Virus record (IMG/VR): IMGVR_UViG_3300032291_003063
Coordinates: 5,963 to 69,962 of that record
DNA from: a virus
DNA: 64,000 bases
Direction: 5' to 3' (one strand)
Shown: positions 28,664-37,718 of the stretch, in pieces
Layout: every line of letters begins with the position of its first letter
Numbering within the stretch: position 1 is the first letter of the stretch
Translations under genes and position numbers: made by a program
Notes under the pieces: model-generated
What the model saw: the letters and a program-made list of their open reading frames with translations, nothing else
Told to the model about the DNA's origin: nothing
The model's database searches: none

Positions 28664-28679
28664 ATACATCCAGCACCAA

Positions 28680-28871
28680 TTAGTCACCTCCTAGGCGGTG
28701 CTGGATTTCATTAATTCGTTGGTTAAAATACTTGAGCACATCTTCTAGTGCCCACCGCTCGTCATCAGCTAGATTGTTATCTGTCTGATTATCATAGTCA
28801 GCTTGCAAAAGCTGAGTAATTTTAAAAGCAATCTGCGCTCGTTCGTGAACAAAGACGTTTAGAGTTACCAT
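28680..28871 (-). CDS. Hypothetical protein
   Basis: ORF co-oriented with the tRNA array. Confidence 0.5.
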   Translation of the reverse strand: MVTLNVFVHERAQIAFKITQLLQADYDNQTDNNLADDERWALEDVLKYFNQRINEIQHRLGGD

Positions 28872-28873
28872 GT

Positions 28874-29104
28874 CTACGCTACTGATTGTGAATTCCCCTT
28901 ATGGGTATAAATACCATTGACAAGAAAACCAAGTAATCTTAGGTCTCTATGATTTTTAAATACCTGAGACTTTAGCGGTCCCCTCAAACGAGCGTATGCT
29001 TTGTCGAAGTCTACAACTTCCTCATCCCAATAGCCATAGAAATACTTAAGTCTATGGTTGGTATGCTCTCTAAGCAATGCGTTTTTCTCAATTTGAGAAT
29101 CCAT
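28874..29104 (-). CDS. Hypothetical protein
   Basis: ORF directly downstream of TTGACT-17-TATAAT. Confidence 0.45.
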   Translation of the reverse strand: MDSQIEKNALLREHTNHRLKYFYGYWDEEVVDFDKAYARLRGPLKSQVFKNHRDLRLLGFLVNGIYTHKGNSQSVA

Positions 29105-29138
29105 TATACTTTACTTTCCGAAAAAGTCAAGAACTATT

Positions 29139-29228
29139 TGGAGGAAGGCTGGTAGTGTCGATCTCCATACCGGTTAAAGTACCACCTGTTTTCAAGACAG
29201 GGCTGAGGGCCGCCTCAGTTAACCTTCC
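29139..29228 (-). tRNA. tRNA-Ser(TGA), atypical D and T arms
   Basis: cctgt-ctTGAaa-acagg, long V arm, CCA. Confidence 0.7.
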
Positions 29229-29364
29229 ATATTTAGTGTGGAACAGTCCCCGCTGCTCTGTATTACTGTTTGGTCACTGGGGTTTCATAGAGGTCGCGCC
29301 CGCATTCCAGGGTGGCCGACGTCGATCAGCCTCTATCTCTTCACTATCCAAACAAACCACAAAT

Positions 29365-29439
29365 TGGCACAAGTGGTAGGAATTGAACCTACTTCTCAAG
29401 GTTTTGGAGACCCGCGGATTTCCGTTTTCCTTCACTTGT
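29365..29439 (-). tRNA. tRNA-Trp(CCA)
   Basis: Cloverleaf with CCA. Confidence 0.82.
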
Positions 29440-29440
29440 A

Positions 29441-29515
29441 TGGCTGGCTAGGTAGGAATCGAACCTACAACCACTCGGTTAACAGCCGAGAGCTCTACCG
29501 TTAAGCTACTAACCA
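29441..29515 (-). tRNA. tRNA-Asn(GTT)
   Basis: Cloverleaf with CCA. Confidence 0.9.
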
Positions 29516-29522
29516 AAAAACT

Positions 29523-29604
29523 TGGTGCGGGTGAGAGGATTCGAACCTCCACGGTCGCCCGCCAGATTCTAAGTCTGGTGCGTCTACCATTTCGCCACAC
29601 CCGC
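29523..29604 (-). tRNA. tRNA-Leu(TAG)
   Basis: Cloverleaf with V arm, CCA. Confidence 0.92.
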
Positions 29605-29880
29605 ATAATATATATTTACTCGCCGTAACTTGTATCTCATATAAAGTTACTGATACTAACTGAATTAGTACTGCTACAGACATCGGACTCGATAGCTCGG
29701 ATTGAGAATAAAGACTATCTTTAGGGTCACTGTACACACACGAGTAAAACTGTAAGGGGTAGTATATTTATATGTAACTGCGCCCCAAACCTCGCGCTAT
29801 GTTACTAGCCAAGCCTATAGCTTGTCTCCCTCAAGAAAAAACATACTACCACATTAGAGCATGAAAGTCAAGAACTTTTT

Positions 29881-29956
29881 TGGTGGAGACTGCCGGGATC
29901 GAACCGGCCGCCTTCTGCGTGCAAAGCAGACGCTCTACCAAATGAGCTAAATCCCC
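29881..29956 (-). tRNA. tRNA-Ala(TGC)
   Basis: G3:U70 acceptor pair, CCA. Confidence 0.92.
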
Positions 29957-30092
29957 ATATCAGGAACTGGATACTTAGGCTTTCGTGAGGGGGCAGGCAT
30001 AAACCTAACCTGCCTCCGCCTCTTAAAAGCCTTCTTGTCTTCTAGAATTGTGGTAAAGACATAAATACCAGAGTTAGTAAAACTAATGTAAG

Positions 30093-30326
30093 TCACTTCT
30101 TCCAATTTCCCCAGTATTCATTGGCACGAACACGGATAAACGGCTTATTCTTTGCAGTCGTAGGAACAGTAAGCCAAGGATTTTGACCGTTGCGCCAAGC
30201 GTCAATCTTGTTGCCTAGAACAGATACCGTAGACCGCTCGGCACGAAGCGCTTGCCTCATTCCGTTGGTCATAGCCGAGTGAATCCCAGCAGACTTATAC
30301 TTCTTCCTTGTTCTCTTCTTACCCAT
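30093..30326 (-). CDS. Small basic hypothetical protein
   Basis: Strong AAGGAGA RBS. Confidence 0.6.
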   Translation of the reverse strand: MGKKRTRKKYKSAGIHSAMTNGMRQALRAERSTVSVLGNKIDAWRNGQNPWLTVPTTAKNKPFIRVRANEYWGNWKK

Positions 30327-30336
30327 CAGTCTCTCC

Positions 30337-30492
30337 TTACGAAATTGAGTCTTGTATTTTTACTATACCAAAAACAGTTAGTGCATATAGTAATATCATT
30401 GGTATTACTATAGGAAAAGTATAAATAAAATACCCTAGACAAACTACAAAGGGCGAAACACAAGCTAGTCCAATTAAAAGATTCTTATTCAT
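30337..30492 (-). CDS. Small membrane protein
   Basis: GGAG RBS before ATG 30492; two hydrophobic segments. Confidence 0.5.
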   Translation of the reverse strand: MNKNLLIGLACVSPFVVCLGYFIYTFPIVIPMILLYALTVFGIVKIQDSIS

Positions 30493-30507
30493 TTTTGCTC
30501 CAAAAAG

Positions 30508-30582
30508 TGGTACCCGAAGACGGGATCGAACCGCCGACATTCTCGGTGTAAACGAGACGCTCTACCTCTGAGCTATTCGGGC
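30508..30582 (-). tRNA. tRNA-Val(TAC)
   Basis: Cloverleaf with CCA. Confidence 0.92.
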
Positions 30583-30781
30583 ATTTCAAGAAATATACTC
30601 AGGACCCTTATACTACATGACCTGTGCCAAGTTGGTTCCCCGCTACGCCAAATCTCCAAGTTCAATCTCGGGATATTATTTTCTATTCGTCAAAATAGAG
30701 CGCGGTAGTCTTTTCGTTACCTAAATCTTGTTGACGCAAGTTTAAGCACTAGAGTATATTTCTAAAAATGCCATAAAAAAT

Positions 30782-30863
30782 TGGTACGGGCAGCCGGGGT
30801 CGAACCGGCACTCCTAAGAAGCGGATTTTAAGTCCGCCGCGTCTGCCTTTCCGCCATGCCCGC
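30782..30863 (-). tRNA. tRNA-Leu(TAA)
   Basis: Cloverleaf with V arm, CCA. Confidence 0.9.
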
Positions 30864-31061
30864 TTAATATGCTTTAAACCAGTCAATCACTTCACTAATA
30901 GAATTAAGAAAATAAGCTTTCTGCCTCGTTTCTTCTGCTGGGTTAAAAGACCAGATTGCAGTATTTTCCTCAATAACCATTCTTCGCGCATTACGAAGGG
31001 CCTGCAGGACGATCTGGTCCGTAATATCGTCGTTGATTTCAATTTGCATTTTGTTCCCCAT
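30864..31061 (-). CDS. Hypothetical protein
   Basis: Co-oriented ORF. Confidence 0.45.
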   Translation of the reverse strand: MGNKMQIEINDDITDQIVLQALRNARRMVIEENTAIWSFNPAEETRQKAYFLNSISEVIDWFKAY

Positions 31062-31350
31062 TTACAGGCGTCCAACCAAGGTAAGCACTAGCCAAAATCC
31101 ACAAGTATCCTTCGGCAAGAGCCGCATCATAACCCGCTTGGTAGCCTTCTGCTCGGTAGCGAATGGCGGGGCTATAGTCTGCATGGCCGGCATCAATTCC
31201 GGCTTGCGAGTAAATTCTATGAAGATGCGGGTCTTGGCTTCTAGCCCACACATAGGCGGGAGTTTCTACTGGATTATAACAATATTGCAACATCGCTCGA
31301 CTCCCTTATTGTCTAAATATTATAGGGGAGCCGGGCGCAAAAGTCAAGAA

Positions 31351-31718
31351 CTAAATTTCTTCAATTAGACCATATTCTCGGTCAAGAAATTTCCAGGACA
31401 CATTGGTCGGCTCAAGACACTCCAGCTCGCTAAAGATAAGAGACTTATCAAAGTGCCCACAGGTGTATACGTCAAGCTGCATAAGTCCGGTTTCTTCCCA
31501 GAAGTGCACCGCAATGTGTGAAGTCTCGATAATGACCACACCAGTGCACCCAATGTTGCCCTCTACGTTGTCAACGCGAGCAACGTGTGGTCCGCTAAGA
31601 ATTCGCATTCCGATAACATTTACCAGATGACGAAGCCACTCCTTAACCCACGCCGGGTTGTCGGGGCAGTAGCCGAGTTCGGCTCGAACAATAAGATGCT
31701 TATGAACTAAGTTTGTCA
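31351..31718 (-). CDS. speD: S-adenosylmethionine decarboxylase proenzyme (start uncertain)
   Basis: KHLIV, GCTGVVIIETSHIAVH, QLDVYTC. Confidence 0.85.
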
Positions 31719-32392
31719 AGTTTGATTCCATATTCTTGAAGGTGAGTGAGTTTACCAAGATCGTATGCGTAGGCGTAGGCAAAATGCCCACCAGTCTGAA
31801 TACCCGCAAAACGGGGCGGAACATCTTCCATTCGTTCCGTTACAAAAACTCTATAACAAGGAGTTTCATAGTTCCCGGAAATACCGGGATTTTTAGCTAG
31901 ATAGGCCTCGTCTAGCACAGCCTCAATTCGGCAAGGTGCATGGTACTTTGCAGACCAAGCAATTTCACCCTTCTCAAATGAGTCCGAAATACAATTATCA
32001 GGAAGAAGGGACTTTCTAAAGCGTTCGTCTCCAGTGGGACGACGAGGAACACCAATACGCTCCAGAATGTGACTAACAAATGCTCCGCCTCTGTACAGAC
32101 GCTGAGCAATTTCTGTGACACCTTCTCCGGCCAGATAAAGCTCAATAATGCTTTGAATCTCGGTCGGGTCCGCAGGCTTACCACGGTTCTTTTCACGACG
32201 CATAGCCTCATAGGCCTTTTCGGCCTTATGTTCCTCGATAATTCTAGCCAGTCGAGAAGGGTTCTCGTTGATGTTTAGAATTCCATAGGCTTCCTTCTTG
32301 GTGATCGGCTTTGGGCCTTCGAGCAGTTTAATAACGTGCTCGATATTAGCTTTCGTCAGCTTTTCGTGTGCTTGTACCTTGATCTTTTTCAA
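31700..32392 (-). CDS. T5 D2-like protein
   Basis: VIKLLE..TKKEA..LNI, IELYLAGE..EIAQRLYR and LTHLQEYGI match recalled T5 D2. Confidence 0.7.
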   Translation of the reverse strand: MKKIKVQAHEKLTKANIEHVIKLLEGPKPITKKEAYGILNINENPSRLARIIEEHKAEKAYEAMRREKNRGKPADPTEIQSIIELYLAGEGVTEIAQRLYRGGAFVSHILERIGVPRRPTGDERFRKSLLPDNCISDSFEKGEIAWSAKYHAPCRIEAVLDEAYLAKNPGISGNYETPCYRVFVTERMEDVPPRFAGIQTGGHFAYAYAYDLGKLTHLQEYGIKLDKLSS

Positions 32393-32861
32393 GTTTATCT
32401 TCCAATTTAAACATCAAACAGCAAATAGCGTGCGCTAGTGTATCAATATGCGACTCTTCATCGACTGCATTTTGATCAATCATATGATCGGCAATATGCC
32501 TAAGAGCAGCAGCGGTATACCGCGCTTGAAGATCACTGACTCGTTTCCAGTTACCAGGAGCATACTTTGAGGCCCCAAAACTTAGCACCTTAGCAACCTC
32601 AACTAAAGCACGCGGAGGCAGTAAATCCATGCGAGGCTTTTCGGAATCATACTTAACCCCTGCAACGCCTCCGGAACCTCCCCCGCCCACATACCCGGGC
32701 GTAGCCTGGGCAGGGCCTGTAATCCCAGAATTACTATGCACTGGCAAGGTTTGGGCGTTCAGATAGCCGGCCCACAATCGCTCTGCGTTCATGCCCAGGC
32801 GGTCGCAGGCCGCCCGCACGTCTGCTGGTATTGGTTGTACTACTTGTATCATTGCCACCAC
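32346..32861 (-). CDS. dATP/dGTP diphosphohydrolase-domain (DUF5664-like) protein
   Basis: GVKYDSEKPRMDLLPP, FGASKYAPGNW, AALRH, LAHAICC. Confidence 0.75.
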   Translation of the reverse strand: MVAMIQVVQPIPADVRAACDRLGMNAERLWAGYLNAQTLPVHSNSGITGPAQATPGYVGGGGSGGVAGVKYDSEKPRMDLLPPRALVEVAKVLSFGASKYAPGNWKRVSDLQARYTAAALRHIADHMIDQNAVDEESHIDTLAHAICCLMFKLEDKLEKDQGTSTRKADES

Positions 32862-33310
32862 ACTACTAGGGACTCTCTGATCCCGGTTAATACAGGTTGA
32901 ACTCTATGCTCAACATTAGGAAAGAATACGGCACGCCCAGCTCTCTTTTTCAGATGCGAGTCCCGAAACTCTAGTCTACCACCAGTAAAATTATCATTGA
33001 GTAATAGAGAGCAGGACATAAGCCGTCCATCTGTGTGCCACCCGTAAAAGTCCCCTGGGTGGTACGTAGAGAGCTGTATATGGTCATTGATACGGAGAAC
33101 ACGATCAATGCCAAGTTGGGCCTGTGATTGGCGGCCGTATTCTTGCATAATCCTGAACACATTCGGAAACTCGTCACGCTTGATAAAGCGTACTTCGCCT
33201 CTTCGAAGGTCTGGAATTTCAACTGGCTTGCCGTCCTTTAGGACGGCAGCACGTTGCGGTTGGATTTTATCCTTAAGGGCTAGAAAGTCCCGATACTCCG
33301 GAATATTCAT
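32849..33310 (-). CDS. 2OG-Fe(II) oxygenase
   Basis: YGWHTD, FTGGRL, EHRVQPVLTGIRESLV. Confidence 0.85.
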   Translation of the reverse strand: MNIPEYRDFLALKDKIQPQRAAVLKDGKPVEIPDLRRGEVRFIKRDEFPNVFRIMQEYGRQSQAQLGIDRVLRINDHIQLSTYHPGDFYGWHTDGRLMSCSLLLNDNFTGGRLEFRDSHLKKRAGRAVFFPNVEHRVQPVLTGIRESLVVWWQ

Positions 33311-33864
33311 CTACTGATCCTTCCATTTTGAGCCTCCACTAGTGAATCGTCCCACCAGAAAGGCTTGTCTCGGTACTTCCAAGTTGCAAAGGGACCTTTG
33401 TCTAGCATATAGAACAATCTATACGAGGCAATGTGATCATCGGACTTAAGTTCGTCTGGCATAGCCTGTGCAAATGGAGTAAGCCCGAGCCGCGGAATAT
33501 TGGGCTCGGGAAGACGATTTACCACTTCCAGGGATTTGTGAGACTTGCCACCATAACGATAGCCATACTCAGAATTAAGGGCATTAGCATAGCAATGAAG
33601 CCACTCGAAGTTGTCTAGACTAGCACGTGCCCAGATGGCACAAGGATGGTTGTAGTGAGTAATGCCGTAGAAATCTTTGGTGATAAGCTCTTGCGTCTGC
33701 TTTTTTTCGTCTGGAGTAATCTTGCGAGGAAAAAAACCTACTTGACTAATCCAGTGTGCAGAGCAAAGAAGCTGTGCGGCTTCTAGTGGCATCTTGACAA
33801 TATGCTTGTCGATGTGATACTCTGCACAGGTATCGAAATCTTCGTCTAGTACAAAAATATTCAT
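33307..33864 (-). CDS. Pyrimidine-dimer DNA glycosylase-like (DenV family)
   Basis: MNIFVLD..DKHIVKMPLE.AQLL, HYNHPC, FAQAMPD. Confidence 0.8.
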   Translation of the reverse strand: MNIFVLDEDFDTCAEYHIDKHIVKMPLEAAQLLCSAHWISQVGFFPRKITPDEKKQTQELITKDFYGITHYNHPCAIWARASLDNFEWLHCYANALNSEYGYRYGGKSHKSLEVVNRLPEPNIPRLGLTPFAQAMPDELKSDDHIASYRLFYMLDKGPFATWKYRDKPFWWDDSLVEAQNGRISR

Positions 33865-33934
33865 AATGTATTATACATCAAAAGCTGAAAATGTCAAGGA
33901 ATAAAATAGGGCTCCCTATGCGGAAGCCCTAATA

Positions 33935-34010
33935 TGGTGCTGGTTGCAGGAATCGAACCCACGGCATCCACGTTACAAAGGTGGCGCTCTACCTACTGAG
34001 CTAAACCAGC
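33935..34010 (-). tRNA. tRNA-Thr(TGT)
   Basis: Cloverleaf with CCA. Confidence 0.88.
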
Positions 34011-34011
34011 A

Positions 34012-34314
34012 TTAAGTATTAGTTGCTTCGCAAGCTTTATATACGGCAGCGCTGAATTCCGTAACCATCTTTTGCTTATCAGTTACGATAGGAATTCTAT
34101 ATGCAGCTACCTGAATAGTTAGCATGTTAGCAATAGTAGTCCCCGACATGCTTCTTGAAAAGCTAGTGGTAAATGCGTCAATCATGTCTAGAAATGACGT
34201 ACCACTTTGACGTTCTGCCATAACAAAGTCAGCGTAAGCTGCCTGTGCTCTACACACCGGGTTTGCCGCTGCTGGAGTTGCAAAAAGAACAGCGGCTAGA
34301 ATATACTTTAGCAT
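34012..34314 (-). CDS. Secreted hypothetical protein
   Basis: Signal peptide MLKYILAAVLFATPAAA. Confidence 0.6.
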   Translation of the reverse strand: MLKYILAAVLFATPAAANPVCRAQAAYADFVMAERQSGTSFLDMIDAFTTSFSRSMSGTTIANMLTIQVAAYRIPIVTDKQKMVTEFSAAVYKACEATNT

Positions 34315-34315
34315 T

Positions 34316-35128
34316 TTAAATCTCGATAAGTTGAAGTGAAAAGTTTTTATGGTTAGGATCGAAGCCAGAGTAGCCACGAGGGTTACAAGCTACAATTGTA
34401 TTTCCCATGGTGTAAGTTACGGGATCGTGCATGTGCCCATGAGTCCACAAAGCAATCTGTGGGTGATCTAGAATGAATTCCGACAGGTCACTATGGTATC
34501 CGCCATTCATAATAGTTTCGTTGGCGTATGCAGCATTAATACTAAGTGCTGTAGGTGCATGATGCGTAACTACAACGTACTTTCCGGGAGCCTCAAGAGC
34601 CTTTGTAAAGTACTCTAGAGTCTTCTCATGTTCTGCCACTGCATCGTGAGGAGAGAAGGCTCCCTCTTGCGTCTTAATTCGCCTAAAATCATTCATCATG
34701 TTTTTGATGGCGTAAATAGTGTGCGGGTCTCTCTTATTCATGTCAGTCCAAAGTGTGGCCCCTAGAAAAGTAATCCCATCAATCACAACGCTACTGTTTT
34801 GTAGAAAGTGAATATTTGGGTACCTAGAAGCTTCTTCGGCTAGCCAGTCATAAGCGTCTGGAAATACACCCCCATAAAACTCATGGTTGCCAGCAACCAA
34901 AATTACATGTCGATACATATAACTGACACGCTTTAGAAAGTCTATAAAGCGAACATAATGTCCTTGATCTTTACCACCGTAAAGGGTAGCGTGTCCTCCT
35001 GGCTTCCAATCGTTTAAAGGACGAGCAACCATAATATCTCCAGATAGAATGAGAACGTCAGCCTCCAGCTTAGGAAGCACAATATCTCCAAACTCTAGGT
35101 GAAAGTCTGAACCTAATGCAATTTTCAT
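34316..35128 (-). CDS. Calcineurin-like metallophosphoesterase
   Basis: SDFHLE, GD, GNHE, THHAP, HGHMH. Confidence 0.9.
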   Translation of the reverse strand: MKIALGSDFHLEFGDIVLPKLEADVLILSGDIMVARPLNDWKPGGHATLYGGKDQGHYVRFIDFLKRVSYMYRHVILVAGNHEFYGGVFPDAYDWLAEEASRYPNIHFLQNSSVVIDGITFLGATLWTDMNKRDPHTIYAIKNMMNDFRRIKTQEGAFSPHDAVAEHEKTLEYFTKALEAPGKYVVVTHHAPTALSINAAYANETIMNGGYHSDLSEFILDHPQIALWTHGHMHDPVTYTMGNTIVACNPRGYSGFDPNHKNFSLQLIEI

Positions 35129-35144
35129 TTTTCTACCCTGTCAA

Positions 35145-35488
35145 AAATAGCCCTTAGCCGGGAAGGCTAAGGGCTTGCACTTCTGTTTCGAGGCGTGCCC
35201 GCCCAAGAGAATTAAGCCGCTAGGGCTAATTCTACAAATGCTTCGTTATCGTTAGCATTTATAAGTTTGAACTGATTAGCGGTCGTTTCTTACCGTGTTC
35301 TCCACTATCCTATATGCCAGTCGAAATCTGGTCGCCCCCATCAAATACACCTAGGCCCGAAATCTGGCTATCCATGATCCCTTAGTCTTTCACGTTACCG
35401 CATGGCGCACGCCTAGATGTATATGGTGGAGGCGGGGAGAATTGCACTCCCGTCCTGAACACTTTACTTTCGTATCACCGAACAGTCA
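35145..35488 (-). ncRNA. ssrA: Two-piece (circularly permuted) tmRNA, tag ANDNEAFVELALAA
   Basis: A segment ending ctccACCA (35424) precedes an intervening hairpin and the gggggcg 5' arm (35339). Tag reading frame 35256-35212 follows taaat. Upstream promoter and downstream terminator. Confidence 0.92.
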
Positions 35489-35544
35489 TAAGTATAGCAC
35501 AATATGACCAAAAGTCAAGAACTATTTTTCAAATAGTTATACGT

Positions 35545-35913
35545 TTAATCTCCTCTATGTTTGTCACAACGAACCTTCCACCAATCACCTTTAATAAGCT
35601 CGCCTGAGTACCCACAAACTTCGCAGGTCGTAAGACTTAGCTGTTGTGTATATGTGCTAAGAAACTTAATATGGTCGTCTCCGCCTATGTAGTAAAAAGC
35701 TAGGCCCCCAAACTTTTCTTTTACTTGAGTTGCTTTTATTTGATGGGCTGGCCCAGAGTCAATATATGCTTGAGTCGCGTCAATATATGCTTGAGTCGCA
35801 CGACAAAAGTCGTTTAAAAGGATGTACCACCCATCCCGACACTCAATCCTATTGACATTAGTAAAAATTTTAGGGTAATTTTTAATTAGTGTGTCTTGTA
35901 GGTCTTTCCGCAT
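35545..35913 (-). CDS. Hypothetical phage protein
   Basis: QVKEKFGGL.FY and CEVCG motifs. Confidence 0.6.
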   Translation of the reverse strand: MRKDLQDTLIKNYPKIFTNVNRIECRDGWYILLNDFCRATQAYIDATQAYIDSGPAHQIKATQVKEKFGGLAFYYIGGDDHIKFLSTYTQQLSLTTCEVCGYSGELIKGDWWKVRCDKHRGD

Positions 35914-36371
35914 TATGCAGTCCTCCACTCAATCTCAGACTCTGCAACAATACACTCTCCGCCATCATCACAATGAATATAGTATCTAGTACCCATAGGA
36001 AGCTCTCTGACCCCCATCAAAACACCCCAGCTATCGTGAACATCACTCCGCTGAATGTTTTTGATTCCTCCTAGCTTGTCAATAATGCGAAAAACTTCTG
36101 GGTCATCTCGGGAGCGCTCAGTAAAGCGATGCCCTCTCCTACTAAAGTAGAGATTATGAAACTCTTCACTAAGACTATCCTCTAAAAAAGTTCCCGAGTT
36201 TCTATTAAACAAAATTCTAGTCATCATTATGCTATAATCGTTAACGCTTTCTCCAGCATCGCCAGACTTTTGTTGCGCAGCATCCCACACTTTCTGACCA
36301 AAACGAACAAGCTGGTCACTCATAATAGGTTGAGTCTTTAAAAAGTCATTGTACATGTCGCTTCCTTTCAT
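35913..36371 (-). CDS. Hypothetical protein
   Basis: ORF downstream of a promoter; RDDP motif. Confidence 0.55.
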   Translation of the reverse strand: MKGSDMYNDFLKTQPIMSDQLVRFGQKVWDAAQQKSGDAGESVNDYSIMMTRILFNRNSGTFLEDSLSEEFHNLYFSRRGHRFTERSRDDPEVFRIIDKLGGIKNIQRSDVHDSWGVLMGVRELPMGTRYYIHCDDGGECIVAESEIEWRTA

Positions 36372-36469
36372 GACGACTATATTACCATAAAAAGCCCAAA
36401 AGTCAAGGGTTATTTTGACCGAAGGTATTTTAATCCTTGACTTTTTTCATAATTATGATATAATTGCCT

Positions 36470-36622
36470 ATGCGTTGGACCTGGGAAGAAAAGTGTAGGC
36501 TTAAAAAGCTTTATGGAACTATGCCTATGCACGAGTTGCTGGGGCATTTTCCGGGTAAAACAGAGCGTTCTATTACTAATCAGGTTTACTACCTAAGAAA
36601 GAGAAAGTGGACTTTTAGATGA
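36470..36622 (+). CDS. 50-aa Myb/SANT-like HTH protein (not in the ORF track)
   Basis: [13 protein letters not shown]...FPGKTERSI; leaderless after TTGACT..TATAAT; ATGA overlap with the next gene. Confidence 0.65.
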   Translation: MRWTWEEKCRLKKLYGTMPMHELLGHFPGKTERSITNQVYYLRKRKWTFR

Positions 36623-37710
36623 TTCACGTTTTAGGCCTTCCGCATACTGTTACTTCTAAGGAGTATTCGGCGTGTGCCTACACACAAAAAGTTGTTAAGT
36701 TCTGCCAGATGTTTGAGTGTACTCACTATGGGCATGAAGACAGCACCGTGCCAAACAACGTACCTGTTACCACCAACGCGGACCTAGAGAAAGCGTATAG
36801 TTATGACTGGCGCAGCAACTTTTTCCAGTTTGATATGAACGACCACGCTTATCAGACTTTCTTTGCAAACGCAATTCGAGAGATTGGGCTTAGAAAGCAG
36901 CCTGGTGATATCATTCTTCCGTTTTGGGGCGCCGGAGTGCGCCCGGTGTGTGACGCTCATCCTGACCTGATTACAATTGAGCCCGGAATTGGATACGCTA
37001 GAGGACACTGGGCTCGGTTTAAGGTATTTGAGTCATACGCAATCTATCATGCATACTATGGCCTAGAGGCCGTAGAAACGTGCAAACAAGATTGGTATGA
37101 CACTGTAATTCCGAATTACTTTGATGTAAATGACTTTGAGGTTGCCCCTAAAGAAGACTACTTTCTATTTCTGGGACGTGTATACGAAGGCAAGGGCGTA
37201 AATATTGCTATTCAGGCGGCTAAAGAGGCCGGAGTTAAGCTAAAGATAGCGGGACAAGGCTCTCTGGAGGCTATGGGCTATACGGATATTCCGAGCCACG
37301 TAGAGTTCGTTGGGTACGCTGATGTAGAAACTCGAAAGCGTTTAATGAGCAGAGCTATAGCAGCTTTTGTTCCGAGCTTATACAACGAGCCTTTTGGCGG
37401 TGTGCAGGTTGAGTGCCTTCTTAGTGGAACACCCACAATAACTACAGACTGGGGCGCTTTTACTGAGAACAATATTCATGGGGTTACAGGCTATAGATGC
37501 CGTAACTTTGGGGAGTTTGTTTGGGCAGCTAAAAATATATCGAGTATAGATTCAAATGTCTGCCGCAAGTTTGCTGTAGATAACTTTAGTCTTGAGGCAG
37601 TAAAGCCGAAGTATGAAGACTATTTTGAGTCTGTGAGAAACTTAACCGGAGAAGGTTGGTATACTCTAAGGAATAAACCAATTGTAAATAAAAAAGTATT
37701 TGACTTTTAG
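36619..37710 (+). CDS. GT-B glycosyltransferase (GT4-like)
   Basis: [25 protein letters not shown]. Confidence 0.88.
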   Translation: MIHVLGLPHTVTSKEYSACAYTQKVVKFCQMFECTHYGHEDSTVPNNVPVTTNADLEKAYSYDWRSNFFQFDMNDHAYQTFFANAIREIGLRKQPGDIILPFWGAGVRPVCDAHPDLITIEPGIGYARGHWARFKVFESYAIYHAYYGLEAVETCKQDWYDTVIPNYFDVNDFEVAPKEDYFLFLGRVYEGKGVNIAIQAAKEAGVKLKIAGQGSLEAMGYTDIPSHVEFVGYADVETRKRLMSRAIAAFVPSLYNEPFGGVQVECLLSGTPTITTDWGAFTENNIHGVTGYRCRNFGEFVWAAKNISSIDSNVCRKFAVDNFSLEAVKPKYEDYFESVRNLTGEGWYTLRNKPIVNKKVFDF

Positions 37711-37718
37711 GCTAGGAT

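Noticed and set aside
24064-29737. ORFs at 24064, 24887, 27794, 28278, 29077, 29238 and 29501
   Set aside because: They overlap or run antisense to tRNAs and structured RNA and lack RBS or protein motifs.
25591-34010. Stop-codon reassignment
   Set aside because: No suppressor anticodon; core genes are intact under the standard code and TAG, TGA and TAA all end genes.
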